Shown: one piece after another, positions 18,507-29,007 of the stretch
Position numbering within the stretch: the first letter of the stretch is position 1
Layout: each line of letters starts with the position of its first letter
Assembly: GCA_028376765.1 (NCBI GenBank)
Contig: JAONBD010000001.1
Location: 17,715 to 81,714, forward strand
DNA: 64,000 bases
Origin: Candidatus Kapaibacterium sp.
Lineage (GTDB): Bacteria; Bacteroidota; Ignavibacteria; Kapaibacteriales; UBA2268
Direction of reading: 5' to 3'
Notes under the pieces: model-generated
The model's database searches: none
What the model saw: the letters and a program-made list of their open reading frames with translations, nothing else
What the model was told of the DNA's origin: nothing
Position numbers and translations under genes: made by a program

Positions 18507-20348
18507 ATGAACCTAAATAAGATATTAGATGATAAAATTCTACTATTCGATGGAGGAATGGGAACTGAGATTTATAAAAGAGGTGTTTTTATAAATAAGT
18601 GTTACGAGGAGTTAAATCTAAATAATCCAGGCTTAATTAGACAAATTCATGTAGAGTATCTCGAAGCTGGTGCCGATATTATTTCAACTAATACATTTGG
18701 TGCGAATAAAATAAAATTACAAAAATTTTCACTTTACGAGAGATTATATGAAATAAACTTTGAAGCTGCAAAAATGGCAAAGGAAGCCACCCAAGATAAT
18801 CAATATGTAGCTGGCTCTGTAGGGCCTTTGGGTACACAAATAGAACCATTAGGGCCTATTTCTTATAATGACGCAAAAGCAATCTTTAAGGAACAAATCA
18901 AGCCACTTTTAGATGGTGGAGTTGATTTGATTTTGTTTGAAACATTTATAAATCAAGAAGAGCTTAAAGCAGCAGTTGAAGCTGCAAAAGAATTGAAGGA
19001 TATTCCTACTATAGCACAACTTACCATTGATGATGATGGTACTACATTGCTAGGAACTGATATAAAAACTACAATCAACAACTTTGAAAAAATTAATACA
19101 GATGTATTAGGTGTAAACTGTACGGTTGGTCCAAGATCTATTCTTAACTGGCTTGAACAGGCAAGGAAATATACTGATAAAAGAATTTCTGTAATGCCTA
19201 ACGCTGGTAAACCAGAAAATATTAATGGTAGAAATATCTATTTAACCTCTCCCGAATATTTAGGAGAGTATTTAAAACACTTTGCATCAGCCGGAGCTAA
19301 TATAATTGGTGGATGCTGTGGTACTGGACCCGAGCATATTCAGAAAATGAGAAATATGCTTAACTCACTAAATAGGTCAGACATTTCAAATGATTATAAA
19401 AAAGAAATAAATATCTCTAATGATATTAAAGAACAAATGATTGAAATCCATGATAAATCCGATTTAGGGTCATCAATTTCTAATCAAAAATTTGTAAAAT
19501 TTGTAGAGCTATTAGCTCCAAAAGGTATTGATTACCAAAATGTACTTGAAAAATCACAGCAAATGAAGGATATTGGGATTGATATTATTAATATTCCCGA
19601 TGGGCCAAGAGCAAGCGCTAGGATGTCTGCATCTGCTTTAGCAATTTTATTACAACAGCATGTTGGAATCGAAACTGTTCTGCACTTTGTATGCCGTGAT
19701 AAAAATATAATTGGGATTCAATCAGATCTAATGGGGTATTATGCCCTTGGCTTAAAAAATATTCTTGCAATTACTGGTGACCCGCCAAAACTTGGAACTT
19801 ATCCAGATGCAACTGCGGTATACGATGTTGATTCTATTGGATTAGTAAATATCATTAATAGATTAAATCATGGTAAGGACTTAGCTGGAGATCCGATAGG
19901 AAAGCCAACAGGCTTTACAATTGGTGTTGGTTGTAACCCCGGAGCCGTAGATTTAGATAAAGAAATAGAAAGATTATATTGGAAAAAAGATGCTGGTGCA
20001 GAGTATGCAGTTACTCAACCTGTATTTGATTCGGAAGTATTCCTTCGTTTTTTGGATAAAATTTCGCATATTAACATTCCTATTATAGCAGGAATATGGC
20101 CTTTAGTCTCAATTCGTAATGCAGAATTTATGAACAATGAAGTACCTGGAGTAGATGTGCCATCATCAATTCTCAAAAAAATGAGAACGTTTGAAGGTAA
20201 TAAAGAAGGTAGTTTAAAAATGGGTATAGAAATTGCAGTGGAGTCTATAGAAGAGATTAAAAACAAAATTGCTGGGGTACAGATATCTGCTCCTTTTGGT
20301 AGAGTATCCACAGTAATTGATATATTAACAAATTTTCCAAAATTATGA
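18507..20348 (+). CDS. metF: Bifunctional homocysteine S-methyltransferase domain / 5,10-methylenetetrahydrofolate reductase
   Basis: The N-terminal Hcy-binding (S-methyltransferase) domain has LLFDGGMGTEI...GADIISTNTF...GGCCGTGPEHI. The C-terminal MTHFR domain has ILAITGDPP...GVGCNPGA. Confidence 0.8.
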   Translation: MNLNKILDDKILLFDGGMGTEIYKRGVFINKCYEELNLNNPGLIRQIHVEYLEAGADIISTNTFGANKIKLQKFSLYERLYEINFEAAKMAKEATQDNQYVAGSVGPLGTQIEPLGPISYNDAKAIFKEQIKPLLDGGVDLILFETFINQEELKAAVEAAKELKDIPTIAQLTIDDDGTTLLGTDIKTTINNFEKINTDVLGVNCTVGPRSILNWLEQARKYTDKRISVMPNAGKPENINGRNIYLTSPEYLGEYLKHFASAGANIIGGCCGTGPEHIQKMRNMLNSLNRSDISNDYKKEINISNDIKEQMIEIHDKSDLGSSISNQKFVKFVELLAPKGIDYQNVLEKSQQMKDIGIDIINIPDGPRASARMSASALAILLQQHVGIETVLHFVCRDKNIIGIQSDLMGYYALGLKNILAITGDPPKLGTYPDATAVYDVDSIGLVNIINRLNHGKDLAGDPIGKPTGFTIGVGCNPGAVDLDKEIERLYWKKDAGAEYAVTQPVFDSEVFLRFLDKISHINIPIIAGIWPLVSIRNAEFMNNEVPGVDVPSSILKKMRTFEGNKEGSLKMGIEIAVESIEEIKNKIAGVQISAPFGRVSTVIDILTNFPKL

Positions 20349-20719
20349 ATGTCTTAATAGCTGAAGATTCTCCAACAATGAGAAGAGTAGTAACTGGAAT
20401 AGTTTCTCAAGCATTTCCAGATACAGAAATGTTTGAAGCAGGTGATGGTAAAGTTGCTTGGGATTTATTAAAAATTGAAGAAATAGACTTAGTTCTAAGT
20501 GATTGGCTTATGCCAGAAATGAATGGACTGGAACTAATAAAGAGCATCCGATCTAACGAAAGGCTTAAAAATTTGCCATTTGTAATGGTTTCCACAAAAG
20601 GGATGAAACAAGATATTATTGAAGCAATAAGAGCTGGTGTTTCTGATTATTGTGTTAAACCTATTCAACCCCTAATTCTTGAAAATAAAATAAAAAATGC
20701 ACTAGCAAAAGGACAATAA
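20345..20719 (+). CDS. Single-domain CheY-like response regulator
   Basis: REC motifs are present (DLVLSDWLMPEMNGLEL, K near the C-terminus). The start overlaps the metF-fusion stop. Confidence 0.8.
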   Translation: MNVLIAEDSPTMRRVVTGIVSQAFPDTEMFEAGDGKVAWDLLKIEEIDLVLSDWLMPEMNGLELIKSIRSNERLKNLPFVMVSTKGMKQDIIEAIRAGVSDYCVKPIQPLILENKIKNALAKGQ

Positions 20720-20726
20720 CAATAAA

Positions 20727-21506
20727 ATGAAATTGATAATTTGGATCTTAGTATTCTCATCTTTTCATGTTTTTGCTCAAAATAAAGATTCAATTATTAC
20801 CCAGCAAAAAATTGATAGATTAGAACTAAAGCTTGTTTATATGAGTGAAAGACTAGATAGTGTTGTAGGCTATAATGAAAAATTAATGCAAAATAATTAT
20901 TCATTAAGAAATAGGCTTATGGAGTATGAAGTTAAAGATGATTTTTTTGATTCAGCTTTTAATAGTCAATCCTATAGATTTACTTTGATTGTAGCTTCTC
21001 TATTTACCCTAACTCTTATCCTTGTTTATGCTTCTTATAATTATCAATCAAAAATGCTTAACGATAAGTTTGGAGGGCAGATATTATCGCAAAAAAGATC
21101 ATTTGTTGAACTTCGTGGTAAAATAGAAGATTTAGAATATAATATGTATATTTCATTAGGGAATATTAGTAATCTTTTATCGGAGTTCCATCTCAAAAAC
21201 AAAAACCCATTTCTCTCAATTAAATACGCACTTATATCTTCTAATTATATATTTCAGGCAACTAAAATTGATAATAGAAAAAGAGAAGATAAAAAAAGGT
21301 GGGAAAATGCCTGCCTTACAATGTTAGTAATTGCATTTGATACTATTAATAAATTACAGATTAATGAGACCTACATTAATGCTTTTCGAACTCAACAGGA
21401 CGAGTTGTTTGAACAATTGTCAGCAGTATCGATAAGTAAAAATTCAGAAATCCATGAATATGCAACTAGAATAAAGTTAGTAATTAAGGATATAGTTAAA
21501 AGTTAA
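20727..21506 (+). CDS. Hypothetical signal-peptide/TM protein with coiled-coil segments
   Basis: 259 aa. It has an N-terminal signal peptide and an internal TM helix, with no recognised motifs. Confidence 0.4.
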   Translation: MKLIIWILVFSSFHVFAQNKDSIITQQKIDRLELKLVYMSERLDSVVGYNEKLMQNNYSLRNRLMEYEVKDDFFDSAFNSQSYRFTLIVASLFTLTLILVYASYNYQSKMLNDKFGGQILSQKRSFVELRGKIEDLEYNMYISLGNISNLLSEFHLKNKNPFLSIKYALISSNYIFQATKIDNRKREDKKRWENACLTMLVIAFDTINKLQINETYINAFRTQQDELFEQLSAVSISKNSEIHEYATRIKLVIKDIVKS

Positions 21507-23404
21507 TGTGTGGAATAGCAGGAATATTAGACCTTAGATCACAAAGCAAATGCGATTTAGATTTGCTCAAGAAAATGAGTGATATAATAACTCACCGTGG
21601 ACCTGATTCTGATGGACAGTGGATTAGTTCCAATAAAATAATGGGTATGAGTTTTAGAAGGTTATCAATAATTGATTTATCCGAAAATGGAACTCAACCA
21701 ATGACCAGCCCTGATGGTCGATACACTATATCTTTTAATGGAGAAATATATAATCATCAAGAAATAAGACGGGAATTAGAGAGCGAATTTACCTACCGTG
21801 GTAATTCTGATACTGAAACAATCCTTTACGGCTTTCAAAAATATGGCAAGGATATTTTCCAAAAAATGCATGGAATGTGGGGGATTGCCATTTGGGATAA
21901 TTTAGAGAAGAAATTATTACTTTGTAGAGATAGAGTAGGAATCAAACCACTATATTATTATCATAAGGATGGTTTATTAGTTTATGGTTCAGAAATAAAA
22001 TCAATTCTTACACATCCAGATATTAAAACAGAATTAAATCTAAATGAACTCCCAAATTACTTGAATTATGGTATGAGTTCTAAAAATGAATCTCTTTTTG
22101 GTAATATCCAAAAGTTAGAATCTGCTCATTTCATGGAAATATCTTCTACGGAAATTAGAAAACAAAGATATTGGCATCCATTCGATAAATATGATTCCTC
22201 GCAATATAATCAGAAGGATGTGCAGAACAAGGTTATGGACTTATTAAGAGATTCAGTTAAGTCTAGAATGATGTCTGATGTTCCATTCGGGGTGTTTTTA
22301 TCAGGTGGTATTGATTCTAGTTTAAATGTCGCATTGATGGCTGAATTAATGGATAGACCAATTGATTCTTTCACCGTAGGTTTTAAAGAGCTTGAAAAGT
22401 TTAATGAATTAGAATATGCTCGTAAAATATCTAAAAAATTCCATACTAATCATCACGAAGTTTTAATCGATGAAAAAGATTCCTTTTCTATTTTATCCGA
22501 TTTAGCTTGGCACGAAGACGAGCCAAACTCTGATCCTGTTTGTATCCCATTATACTTTCTAAGCAAACTAACAAAAGAATCTGGCACTACTGTTATCCAA
22601 GTTGGAGAGGGGAGTGACGAGCAATTTGTTGGTTATAAATGGATGTTGCAAGGGTATAAATTTTTTAACTCATTATGGAGTTTATATAACCCAATACCTA
22701 AAGTATTGAAAAAAGGAATTTACGCCTTATCTAAACCAATAATGAAATCATTTGTTCCTAGTCTCGCTATTGAATATATGCGAAGATCTAGTAATAATGA
22801 GCCATTTTATTGGAGTGGTGTATCGGTATTTTCTCAATATGACCAAGAATCTTTACTTAGCGATAAAAAAATTTTAGGAAAGCCGGCTGAGTATGCTCTA
22901 TCTATTTACAAAGAAATTGAAGCTCTTTCCCCTAATGCAGACTATCTACAAAAGGTACTATATTTAGAATTAAAGCAAAGACTAGCAGAACTCTTATTAA
23001 TGAGAGTTGATAAGATTACAATGGCACATAGTTTAGAATCGAGAGTGCCGTTTTTAGATCATAGGCTATTAGAATTTACGACGAGCCTAAACGAAAAACA
23101 GAGAATGCCAGATACAAGTATCAGTAAATTTATTTTAAAAAAATCTGTTAAAGATATACTTCCACATGATGTTATATATAGAAAAAAAATGGGTTTTGCT
23201 GCACCAGTAGATAATTGGTTTAGAGGACCTTGGGAAAAATTTGCCGAGGATAGATTATTTCATTCTAGTTTCGCAAAATTAGGGTTATTAGATAATGATT
23301 ATTTAAAAAGTATGTTAAAGGCACATCAAAATGAGAAATCTAAATTGGGATCAAAAATTTACTCTCTAGTAAATCTTACCCTTTGGTACGATAGATTTTT
23401 TTAG
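21506..23404 (+). CDS. asnB: Asparagine synthase (glutamine-hydrolysing), AsnB family
   Basis: The N-terminus is MCGIAG (class II GATase Cys2). The synthetase domain carries SGGIDSS. Confidence 0.85.
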   Translation: MCGIAGILDLRSQSKCDLDLLKKMSDIITHRGPDSDGQWISSNKIMGMSFRRLSIIDLSENGTQPMTSPDGRYTISFNGEIYNHQEIRRELESEFTYRGNSDTETILYGFQKYGKDIFQKMHGMWGIAIWDNLEKKLLLCRDRVGIKPLYYYHKDGLLVYGSEIKSILTHPDIKTELNLNELPNYLNYGMSSKNESLFGNIQKLESAHFMEISSTEIRKQRYWHPFDKYDSSQYNQKDVQNKVMDLLRDSVKSRMMSDVPFGVFLSGGIDSSLNVALMAELMDRPIDSFTVGFKELEKFNELEYARKISKKFHTNHHEVLIDEKDSFSILSDLAWHEDEPNSDPVCIPLYFLSKLTKESGTTVIQVGEGSDEQFVGYKWMLQGYKFFNSLWSLYNPIPKVLKKGIYALSKPIMKSFVPSLAIEYMRRSSNNEPFYWSGVSVFSQYDQESLLSDKKILGKPAEYALSIYKEIEALSPNADYLQKVLYLELKQRLAELLLMRVDKITMAHSLESRVPFLDHRLLEFTTSLNEKQRMPDTSISKFILKKSVKDILPHDVIYRKKMGFAAPVDNWFRGPWEKFAEDRLFHSSFAKLGLLDNDYLKSMLKAHQNEKSKLGSKIYSLVNLTLWYDRFF

Positions 23405-24852
23405 AAATTATCTTCCAAAATTGATTGATATTTATACAAATAATCTTCATTTATTTTATAAACAGTGAAGTTTTGGCTCTGGTTTAAAGAACTAGCAATA
23501 TCAAATAAATAATTTTTAAAAAATTCTGAATGTCCAATAAATATAAAGTCAGAATTTAAGATAGAAATATCTACCATTTTATAATCCAAGCTTATTAATT
23601 GATATAGCTTTAGATTAGAACTAGAATTAAAATAATAGGTTGAATCCAGACCTTTGTTATATGAAAATAGTTTCACTTGGATTGGCAGGCTTTGATCAAA
23701 AGCAATCTTAGAATTATTGGGAATTTCTAGTTTTTCAAGTTCATCAAAAAGCTGATCTCCTTTAACAATTGTTCCGTAATTAGAAGAAAATCCAAACATC
23801 ATTCTTTCAGATTGTAGTTGCAATTTTGAAACTGGTCTCTTATCTGATTTCATTTTATTATAGTAAACTGGGAAAATAGAAGGTGATAGGAAGTAAATAA
23901 TTAAATTTAATAAAATTGCAACGTAGAGTCTTGTTAGTTTAGGTTTGAATAAAATAAGCGATTGTACAATTATAGGTACTGTGATTAGCATGAAATAGCC
24001 TTTATTATAATGCATTAAGGCAAAAAATATAAGACCTGGCAGAATGCTTAAAATCAGCTCAATTCTAAATTTACCAAGAAACTTAGCCCTAAATAAGAAT
24101 AAAGTAGTTATAAAGAAGAATAAACCAAATGAAGACATTTTAACAAGATTTTTTAAAGTCGTGCTTTCAGGGATTGGATTTTTGTTTGTGTACAAATCGA
24201 TGTATTCGCTAAGGCCACCTGTACTTTCTATCAATGAATAAAGCCAACTCGATAATACTATCATTGAAAGAATAGAACTTAATATTAAATTCCTAGTAAT
24301 GCCTTTTGTTCTAATATATATAACAATGTTATAAAATATTATAGGAGCTAAAAGCACCCCAGAGCTTTGCCTGTATCCCATTCCTATTGCTAAAATTATT
24401 GGAGTAAGAAATAAATATTTGTTATTTGTCACTAAATATAAAATGATAACCGAAAAAAATAAATCAAAAGCATAATACTCAGTGATTGAAGTATAAAACC
24501 ATATACCAGGGATTGAATAAATAAATAATACACTAATGAAATGATAATTTACTTTATAATGCTTTAATATAAAATAAGAAAATGGAATGCTAGCTAAAGT
24601 CCAAAATAAATTAATTGTAATCAATGACTTATGATAATCATTGATGAGATAGTTCACTAAATAAATCAATTTGCAATAAAGAATAGATCCGGGCAAGTGG
24701 GGAGAACCACCCTTTAAATCAAAACTTATAGAACCAAAAATATAATTAATTGGATCAATTGATTGATAGGTGTTTTCTCCCTCCAACAAAAATATTCGGG
24801 TTAGAAATACTATAAAAATTAGTGATAAAATATATTTAGAATCTTTTCCCAT
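23401..24852 (-). CDS. Polytopic membrane protein, GT-C-like (ArnT/PMT-type glycosyltransferase suspected)
   Basis: 483 aa with at least 10 hydrophobic segments. It is convergent with and overlaps the asnB stop. The family assignment is tentative. Confidence 0.4.
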   Translation of the reverse strand: MGKDSKYILSLIFIVFLTRIFLLEGENTYQSIDPINYIFGSISFDLKGGSPHLPGSILYCKLIYLVNYLINDYHKSLITINLFWTLASIPFSYFILKHYKVNYHFISVLFIYSIPGIWFYTSITEYYAFDLFFSVIILYLVTNNKYLFLTPIILAIGMGYRQSSGVLLAPIIFYNIVIYIRTKGITRNLILSSILSMIVLSSWLYSLIESTGGLSEYIDLYTNKNPIPESTTLKNLVKMSSFGLFFFITTLFLFRAKFLGKFRIELILSILPGLIFFALMHYNKGYFMLITVPIIVQSLILFKPKLTRLYVAILLNLIIYFLSPSIFPVYYNKMKSDKRPVSKLQLQSERMMFGFSSNYGTIVKGDQLFDELEKLEIPNNSKIAFDQSLPIQVKLFSYNKGLDSTYYFNSSSNLKLYQLISLDYKMVDISILNSDFIFIGHSEFFKNYLFDIASSLNQSQNFTVYKINEDYLYKYQSILEDNF

Positions 24853-24947
24853 CCAGAGTAATATTAAATTTCAATATTCATTAAGCTTTATTCGTATCTA
24901 CTTTTTTAATAAATTAGTACAATATCATTTGATAAACAAGGAAATTT

Positions 24948-26189
24948 ATGTACACAAAAATGAAACAATTTCTTAAATCAGAAATTACTTCGCTTCATGA
25001 TCAAAATTTATACAAACACGAACGAGTTATTGAATCGGAACAAGGGCCCGAAATCACTGTAAGTGGAAAGCAAGTTCTAAACTTTTGTGCTAATAATTAT
25101 CTAGGGCTTTCTTCTCACCCCGATCTAGTAAAAGCAGCACACGACGAGATTGATAAAAGAGGCTTTGGACTTTCGTCTGTTAGGTTTATATGTGGAACTC
25201 AAGACGACCATTTATTACTTGAAAAGAAAATGAGTGAGTTTTTTGGAGCTGATGACACAATCCTATTTTGCTCAGCTTTCGACGCTAATGGTGCTTTTTT
25301 CGAACCATTATTCGGTAAAGAAGATGCTATAATAACTGATTCATTAAACCATGCATCTATTATTGATGGGATTAGGCTATCAAAGGCACAAAGATGGATT
25401 TTTAATCACGGAGATATGAGTGGTACGGAGTCCCTGGATAAATCAACGGGTAAAACATTAAAGGGGTTAGAAAAATGTTTGCAAGAGGCAAAAGATTGTC
25501 GCTTCAAGGTTATAGTGACCGATGGTGTTTTTTCAATGGATGGAGATATCGCTAAACTAGATGAAATTTGTGATTTAGCTGATAAATATGATGCTTTAGT
25601 ATTTGTTGATGAGTGTCATGCATCTGGTTTTATGGGTAAAACAGGCAGAGGAACTCACGAACATTTCAACGTTATGGATAGGGTAGATGTTATTTCAACT
25701 ACTTTTGGAAAAGCATTAGGAGGTGCTTCAGGTGGATGCCTTTCTGGAAAAAAAGAAATAATTGAATGGCTAAGAAATAAAGCTAGACCGTATTTATTTT
25801 CAAATACACTAGCCCCAGCAGTTGTTGGAGCTACATTGAAATGCCTTGAAATTCTTACTGAATCTACAACTCTTAGAGATACTTTGATGGATAACACAAA
25901 ATATTTCAGAGAGAAAATGAACCTTTTAGGTTTTGATATTATTCCTGGAATTCACCCCATTACTCCTGTAATGTTCAGAAATTTTGATAATAGCTCTGCT
26001 TTAGCAGTGAAGTTTGCAGATAGAATGCTGGAAGAAGGGATTTATGTAATAGCTTTTTCTTTTCCAGTAGTACCACGGAAAATGGATAGAATTAGAGTAC
26101 AGATTTCGGCGGCTCATAGCAGAGAGCAAATCGATAAATGTATATCCGCATTTGAAATGATAGGAAAAGAACTTAATGTGATTTCTTAA
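24948..26189 (+). CDS. kbl: 2-amino-3-ketobutyrate CoA ligase (glycine C-acetyltransferase)
   Basis: PLP-dependent AOS-family motifs are present (ICGTQ, SFTKALGGASGG with the Lys). The true start may be the Met at 24960. Confidence 0.85.
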   Translation: MYTKMKQFLKSEITSLHDQNLYKHERVIESEQGPEITVSGKQVLNFCANNYLGLSSHPDLVKAAHDEIDKRGFGLSSVRFICGTQDDHLLLEKKMSEFFGADDTILFCSAFDANGAFFEPLFGKEDAIITDSLNHASIIDGIRLSKAQRWIFNHGDMSGTESLDKSTGKTLKGLEKCLQEAKDCRFKVIVTDGVFSMDGDIAKLDEICDLADKYDALVFVDECHASGFMGKTGRGTHEHFNVMDRVDVISTTFGKALGGASGGCLSGKKEIIEWLRNKARPYLFSNTLAPAVVGATLKCLEILTESTTLRDTLMDNTKYFREKMNLLGFDIIPGIHPITPVMFRNFDNSSALAVKFADRMLEEGIYVIAFSFPVVPRKMDRIRVQISAAHSREQIDKCISAFEMIGKELNVIS

Positions 26190-26201
26190 TTCAACAAAGA
26201 A

Positions 26202-26235
26202 AAGCCACCTGAAAAGGTGGCTTAAATTTTTATTC
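26202..26235. terminator. Bidirectional rho-independent terminator (AAGCCACC/GGTGGCTT stem) between kbl and rpsR
   Basis: An 8-bp perfect stem with a 6-nt loop, flanked by T-rich tracts on both strands. Confidence 0.6.
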
Positions 26236-26252
26236 TAAGTTTAGATTTCTAC

Positions 26253-26525
26253 TTAGTTAATATCTTGTGCTACGAAAGGCATCAAAGCTAGATGTCTTGC
26301 ATACTTAATTGCACGAGAGATAGCTTTTTGCTGAGTAGAAGTAACACCAGTAATTCTTCTAGGAAGTATTTTACCTTGATCGTTTGTAAATTTACCTAAA
26401 AATTTAATATCTAAATGATCAATTGGTTTTTGACCTTTGATTGGATTAACTTTTTTAGTTTTAGCAGTTTTCTTTTTTTGCTGACCTTGCATGCCAGTTT
26501 GCATTGGATGTATAACTGATGACAT
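26253..26525 (-). CDS. rpsR: 30S ribosomal protein S18
   Basis: GKILPRRITGVTSTQQKAISRAIKYARHLALMPF matches the S18 core. Confidence 0.7.
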   Translation of the reverse strand: MSSVIHPMQTGMQGQQKKKTAKTKKVNPIKGQKPIDHLDIKFLGKFTNDQGKILPRRITGVTSTQQKAISRAIKYARHLALMPFVAQDIN

Positions 26526-26758
26526 TATTTATCCCCTTTTTTCATTAATTGCTGAGCCTTTTCAAAACGTTTCTTGAATCTATCAACACGTCCTGCTGTA
26601 TCTACAAGCATTTGTTTACCAGTATAAAATGGGTGAGATTTTGAATCAATCTCTAAAACCATTTTGTCGTTTTTATAGCATGAACGAGTTTTGTAAGTAG
26701 AACCGTCAGTCATTACTACTTCAATAACTTTATATGCTGGGTGAATACCTTTTTTCAT
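26525..26758 (-). CDS. rpmE: 50S ribosomal protein L31, Cys-poor (type B-like) form
   Basis: MKKGIHPAYK...HPFYTGKQ...GRVDRFKKRF matches L31. The CxxC zinc-ribbon pairs are absent. Confidence 0.8.
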   Translation of the reverse strand: MKKGIHPAYKVIEVVMTDGSTYKTRSCYKNDKMVLEIDSKSHPFYTGKQMLVDTAGRVDRFKKRFEKAQQLMKKGDK

Positions 26759-26769
26759 TTTTAAGCCTT

Positions 26770-26940
26770 AAATATCTACTTTTGTTACATCATTTGGATT
26801 ATCCATTAATACTAATCTTTCTTTTAGTCTTAATGTACCTCTTTTCTCGTCCTGAAACCATTTTAATACTTTAACAGGAAATTTTTCGGCAGCTTCGCCT
26901 TTTTTTAGTTTATCACCAAATGTTTGTTTCTTTGCCATTA
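26770..26940 (-). CDS. Small DUF4295-like protein (56 aa, MAKKQTFGDKLKKGE...)
   Basis: Unlisted short ORF upstream of rpmE. It resembles the short MAKK... proteins that accompany rpmB/rpmG in Bacteroidota. Confidence 0.35.
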
Positions 26941-27030
26941 CGTTTCTTGATTTTATAAAAAAGTTTTTCTTTATTTGTCTAAATAAAGAGCTACAAATAT
27001 AATTAAAAATATTAACATTGCAAATAATAA

Positions 27031-28338
27031 TTATTCATTTTCTGTGTTAGTGCTATCCGATTGATTAATATTACTTTTAGAAACATCAGATTTATAAAAA
27101 TATTCAGGCGTTGAGCCATGCAAAACAGTATCTTTGGTAATAACACACTTGCTTATATCTTTATTGTCGGGTATATCAAACATTATATCATTCATCATTA
27201 TTTCTGTTACAGCTCTTAGACCTCTGGCTCCAGTTTTTCTGATTTTTGCTTTTTTTATAATCTCTTCTAAGGCTTCATCTGTAAACTCTAGTTCAACATC
27301 ATCCATCATTAAAAGCTTTTTGTATTGTAATAATAATGCATTTTTTGGGGTTAATAGAATTGATCTTAACGCCTTATCAGATAGTTCTTCTAGATATGTT
27401 ACAAGTGGCATTCTTCCAACAATTTCTGGAATGAACCCAAATTTTATTAAATCGTCTGATTCAACAAACTTTAGAACATCACTATTTTCTTCTACTAGGG
27501 TACTTTCGCCAACAGTAAATCCTATGGTTGTATCTTTTAATCTCTGAGCAATAATTTTTTCGAGTCCAACAAATGCACCACCACAAATAAAAAGAATATT
27601 TTTTGTATCAAGATATAAGAGAGACTGTTCTGGGTGTTTTCTCCCACCTTTTGGAGGGATTCCAATTTTAGTACCTTCAAGCATCTTTAAAAGTGCTTGT
27701 TGCACTCCTTCGCCAGATACATCTCTAGTAATAGAAGCAGATTCAGATTTTCTTGATATTTTATCAATTTCATCTATATATATGATTCCCTTTTCAGCCT
27801 TCTTCTCATCGTAATCAGCACTCTGTACTAGATTAAGAAGAACCGATTCAACATCATCACCAACATAGCCAGACTCGGTAATAGTTGTAGCATCTGCAAT
27901 TGCAAATGGTACATTTAAAATCTTTGCAAGTGTTTTAGCAAGTAGAGTCTTTCCTGATCCAGTTGGACCTAATAATAGGATATTTGATTTTTCAATTTCA
28001 ACTTCTGAATACTGTCCTGTAGTGTCTTCCTGAGAATATATCCTTTTGTAATGATTATATACGGCAACCGATAATACTCTTTTAGCATAATCTTGCCCAA
28101 TTACATAATCATCAAGTTTTTTCTTGATGTCCGAAGGAATTGGTAGATTCTGACTCTTTATATCAACTGACTTAGAATTGTTACCTGAAGCATTTTGTTT
28201 GATAATGTCTAATGCATTATCTACACAAAAGTTACAGATGAAAACGTTGTTGGGACCTTCTATTAATGAACTTACATCTCTAGAAGATCTATCACAAAAA
28301 GAACAATGAAGTTCACTAGAATATTTTTTACTTGCCAT
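27031..28338 (-). CDS. clpX: ATP-dependent Clp protease ATP-binding subunit ClpX
   Basis: N-terminal C4 zinc finger (CSFCDRS...CNFC). Walker A GPTGSGKT is present, along with the sensor/IGF-loop region. Confidence 0.9.
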   Translation of the reverse strand: MASKKYSSELHCSFCDRSSRDVSSLIEGPNNVFICNFCVDNALDIIKQNASGNNSKSVDIKSQNLPIPSDIKKKLDDYVIGQDYAKRVLSVAVYNHYKRIYSQEDTTGQYSEVEIEKSNILLLGPTGSGKTLLAKTLAKILNVPFAIADATTITESGYVGDDVESVLLNLVQSADYDEKKAEKGIIYIDEIDKISRKSESASITRDVSGEGVQQALLKMLEGTKIGIPPKGGRKHPEQSLLYLDTKNILFICGGAFVGLEKIIAQRLKDTTIGFTVGESTLVEENSDVLKFVESDDLIKFGFIPEIVGRMPLVTYLEELSDKALRSILLTPKNALLLQYKKLLMMDDVELEFTDEALEEIIKKAKIRKTGARGLRAVTEIMMNDIMFDIPDNKDISKCVITKDTVLHGSTPEYFYKSDVSKSNINQSDSTNTENE

Positions 28339-28942
28339 TAGGGTTTATTTTTTCATCAGAATTTTCAAGAATTTTATCAATGATGCCATATTCTACTGCT
28401 TTAGTAGGTGACATATATCTGTCTCTATCAGCATCAGTCTTTACTTCTTCGACAGTTTTACCAGTATGACTAGATATTATTCCAAATAATTGATCTCTAA
28501 TTCGTAACATTTCACGGGTATATATTTCAATATCATCAGCTTGACCTTGAGTACCACCCATCGGCTGATGCATCAAAATTCTTGAATGAGGTAAAGAAAA
28601 TCTTTTTCCTTTTGCTCCAGATGTTAATAAAATCTGAGCCATTGAAGCCGCAGTACCAATACAAATTGTTGCCACATCTGGCTTAACAAATTGAATTGTG
28701 TCATAAATTGCAAGACCTGCACTAACAGATCCACCTGGGGAATTTATATAAAGATTTATATCTTTTTTGGGGTCAATACTAGATAAATAAAGTAATTGAG
28801 CTATAATAACTGAAGCTACAGCGTCATCTATGGGAGTTGTTATAAAAACAATTCTTTCTTTTAATAACATAGAGAAAATGTCATAACCTCTTTCACCACG
28901 TGAGGTTTGCTCTACTACATTAGGAATAACTAAATTTTGCAT
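28328..28942 (-). CDS. clpP: ATP-dependent Clp protease proteolytic subunit ClpP
   Basis: Ser/His/Asp context is present (GTAASMAQ..., HQPMGG). It lies immediately upstream of clpX in the same orientation. Confidence 0.9.
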   Translation of the reverse strand: MQNLVIPNVVEQTSRGERGYDIFSMLLKERIVFITTPIDDAVASVIIAQLLYLSSIDPKKDINLYINSPGGSVSAGLAIYDTIQFVKPDVATICIGTAASMAQILLTSGAKGKRFSLPHSRILMHQPMGGTQGQADDIEIYTREMLRIRDQLFGIISSHTGKTVEEVKTDADRDRYMSPTKAVEYGIIDKILENSDEKINPNGK

Positions 28943-29007
28943 TGATTTCCTTTTTAATATTTATTTTATTGTGAAGCTAGTAACGTAATACCAGTTTTTT
29001 GAGTTTA

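Noticed and set aside
27017-27030. AATAATAATTATT palindrome near the clpX stop as a possible Zur/Fur box
   Set aside because: Short AT-only palindromes are expected by chance in a genome of about 33% GC, and it overlaps the clpX 3' end rather than a promoter.
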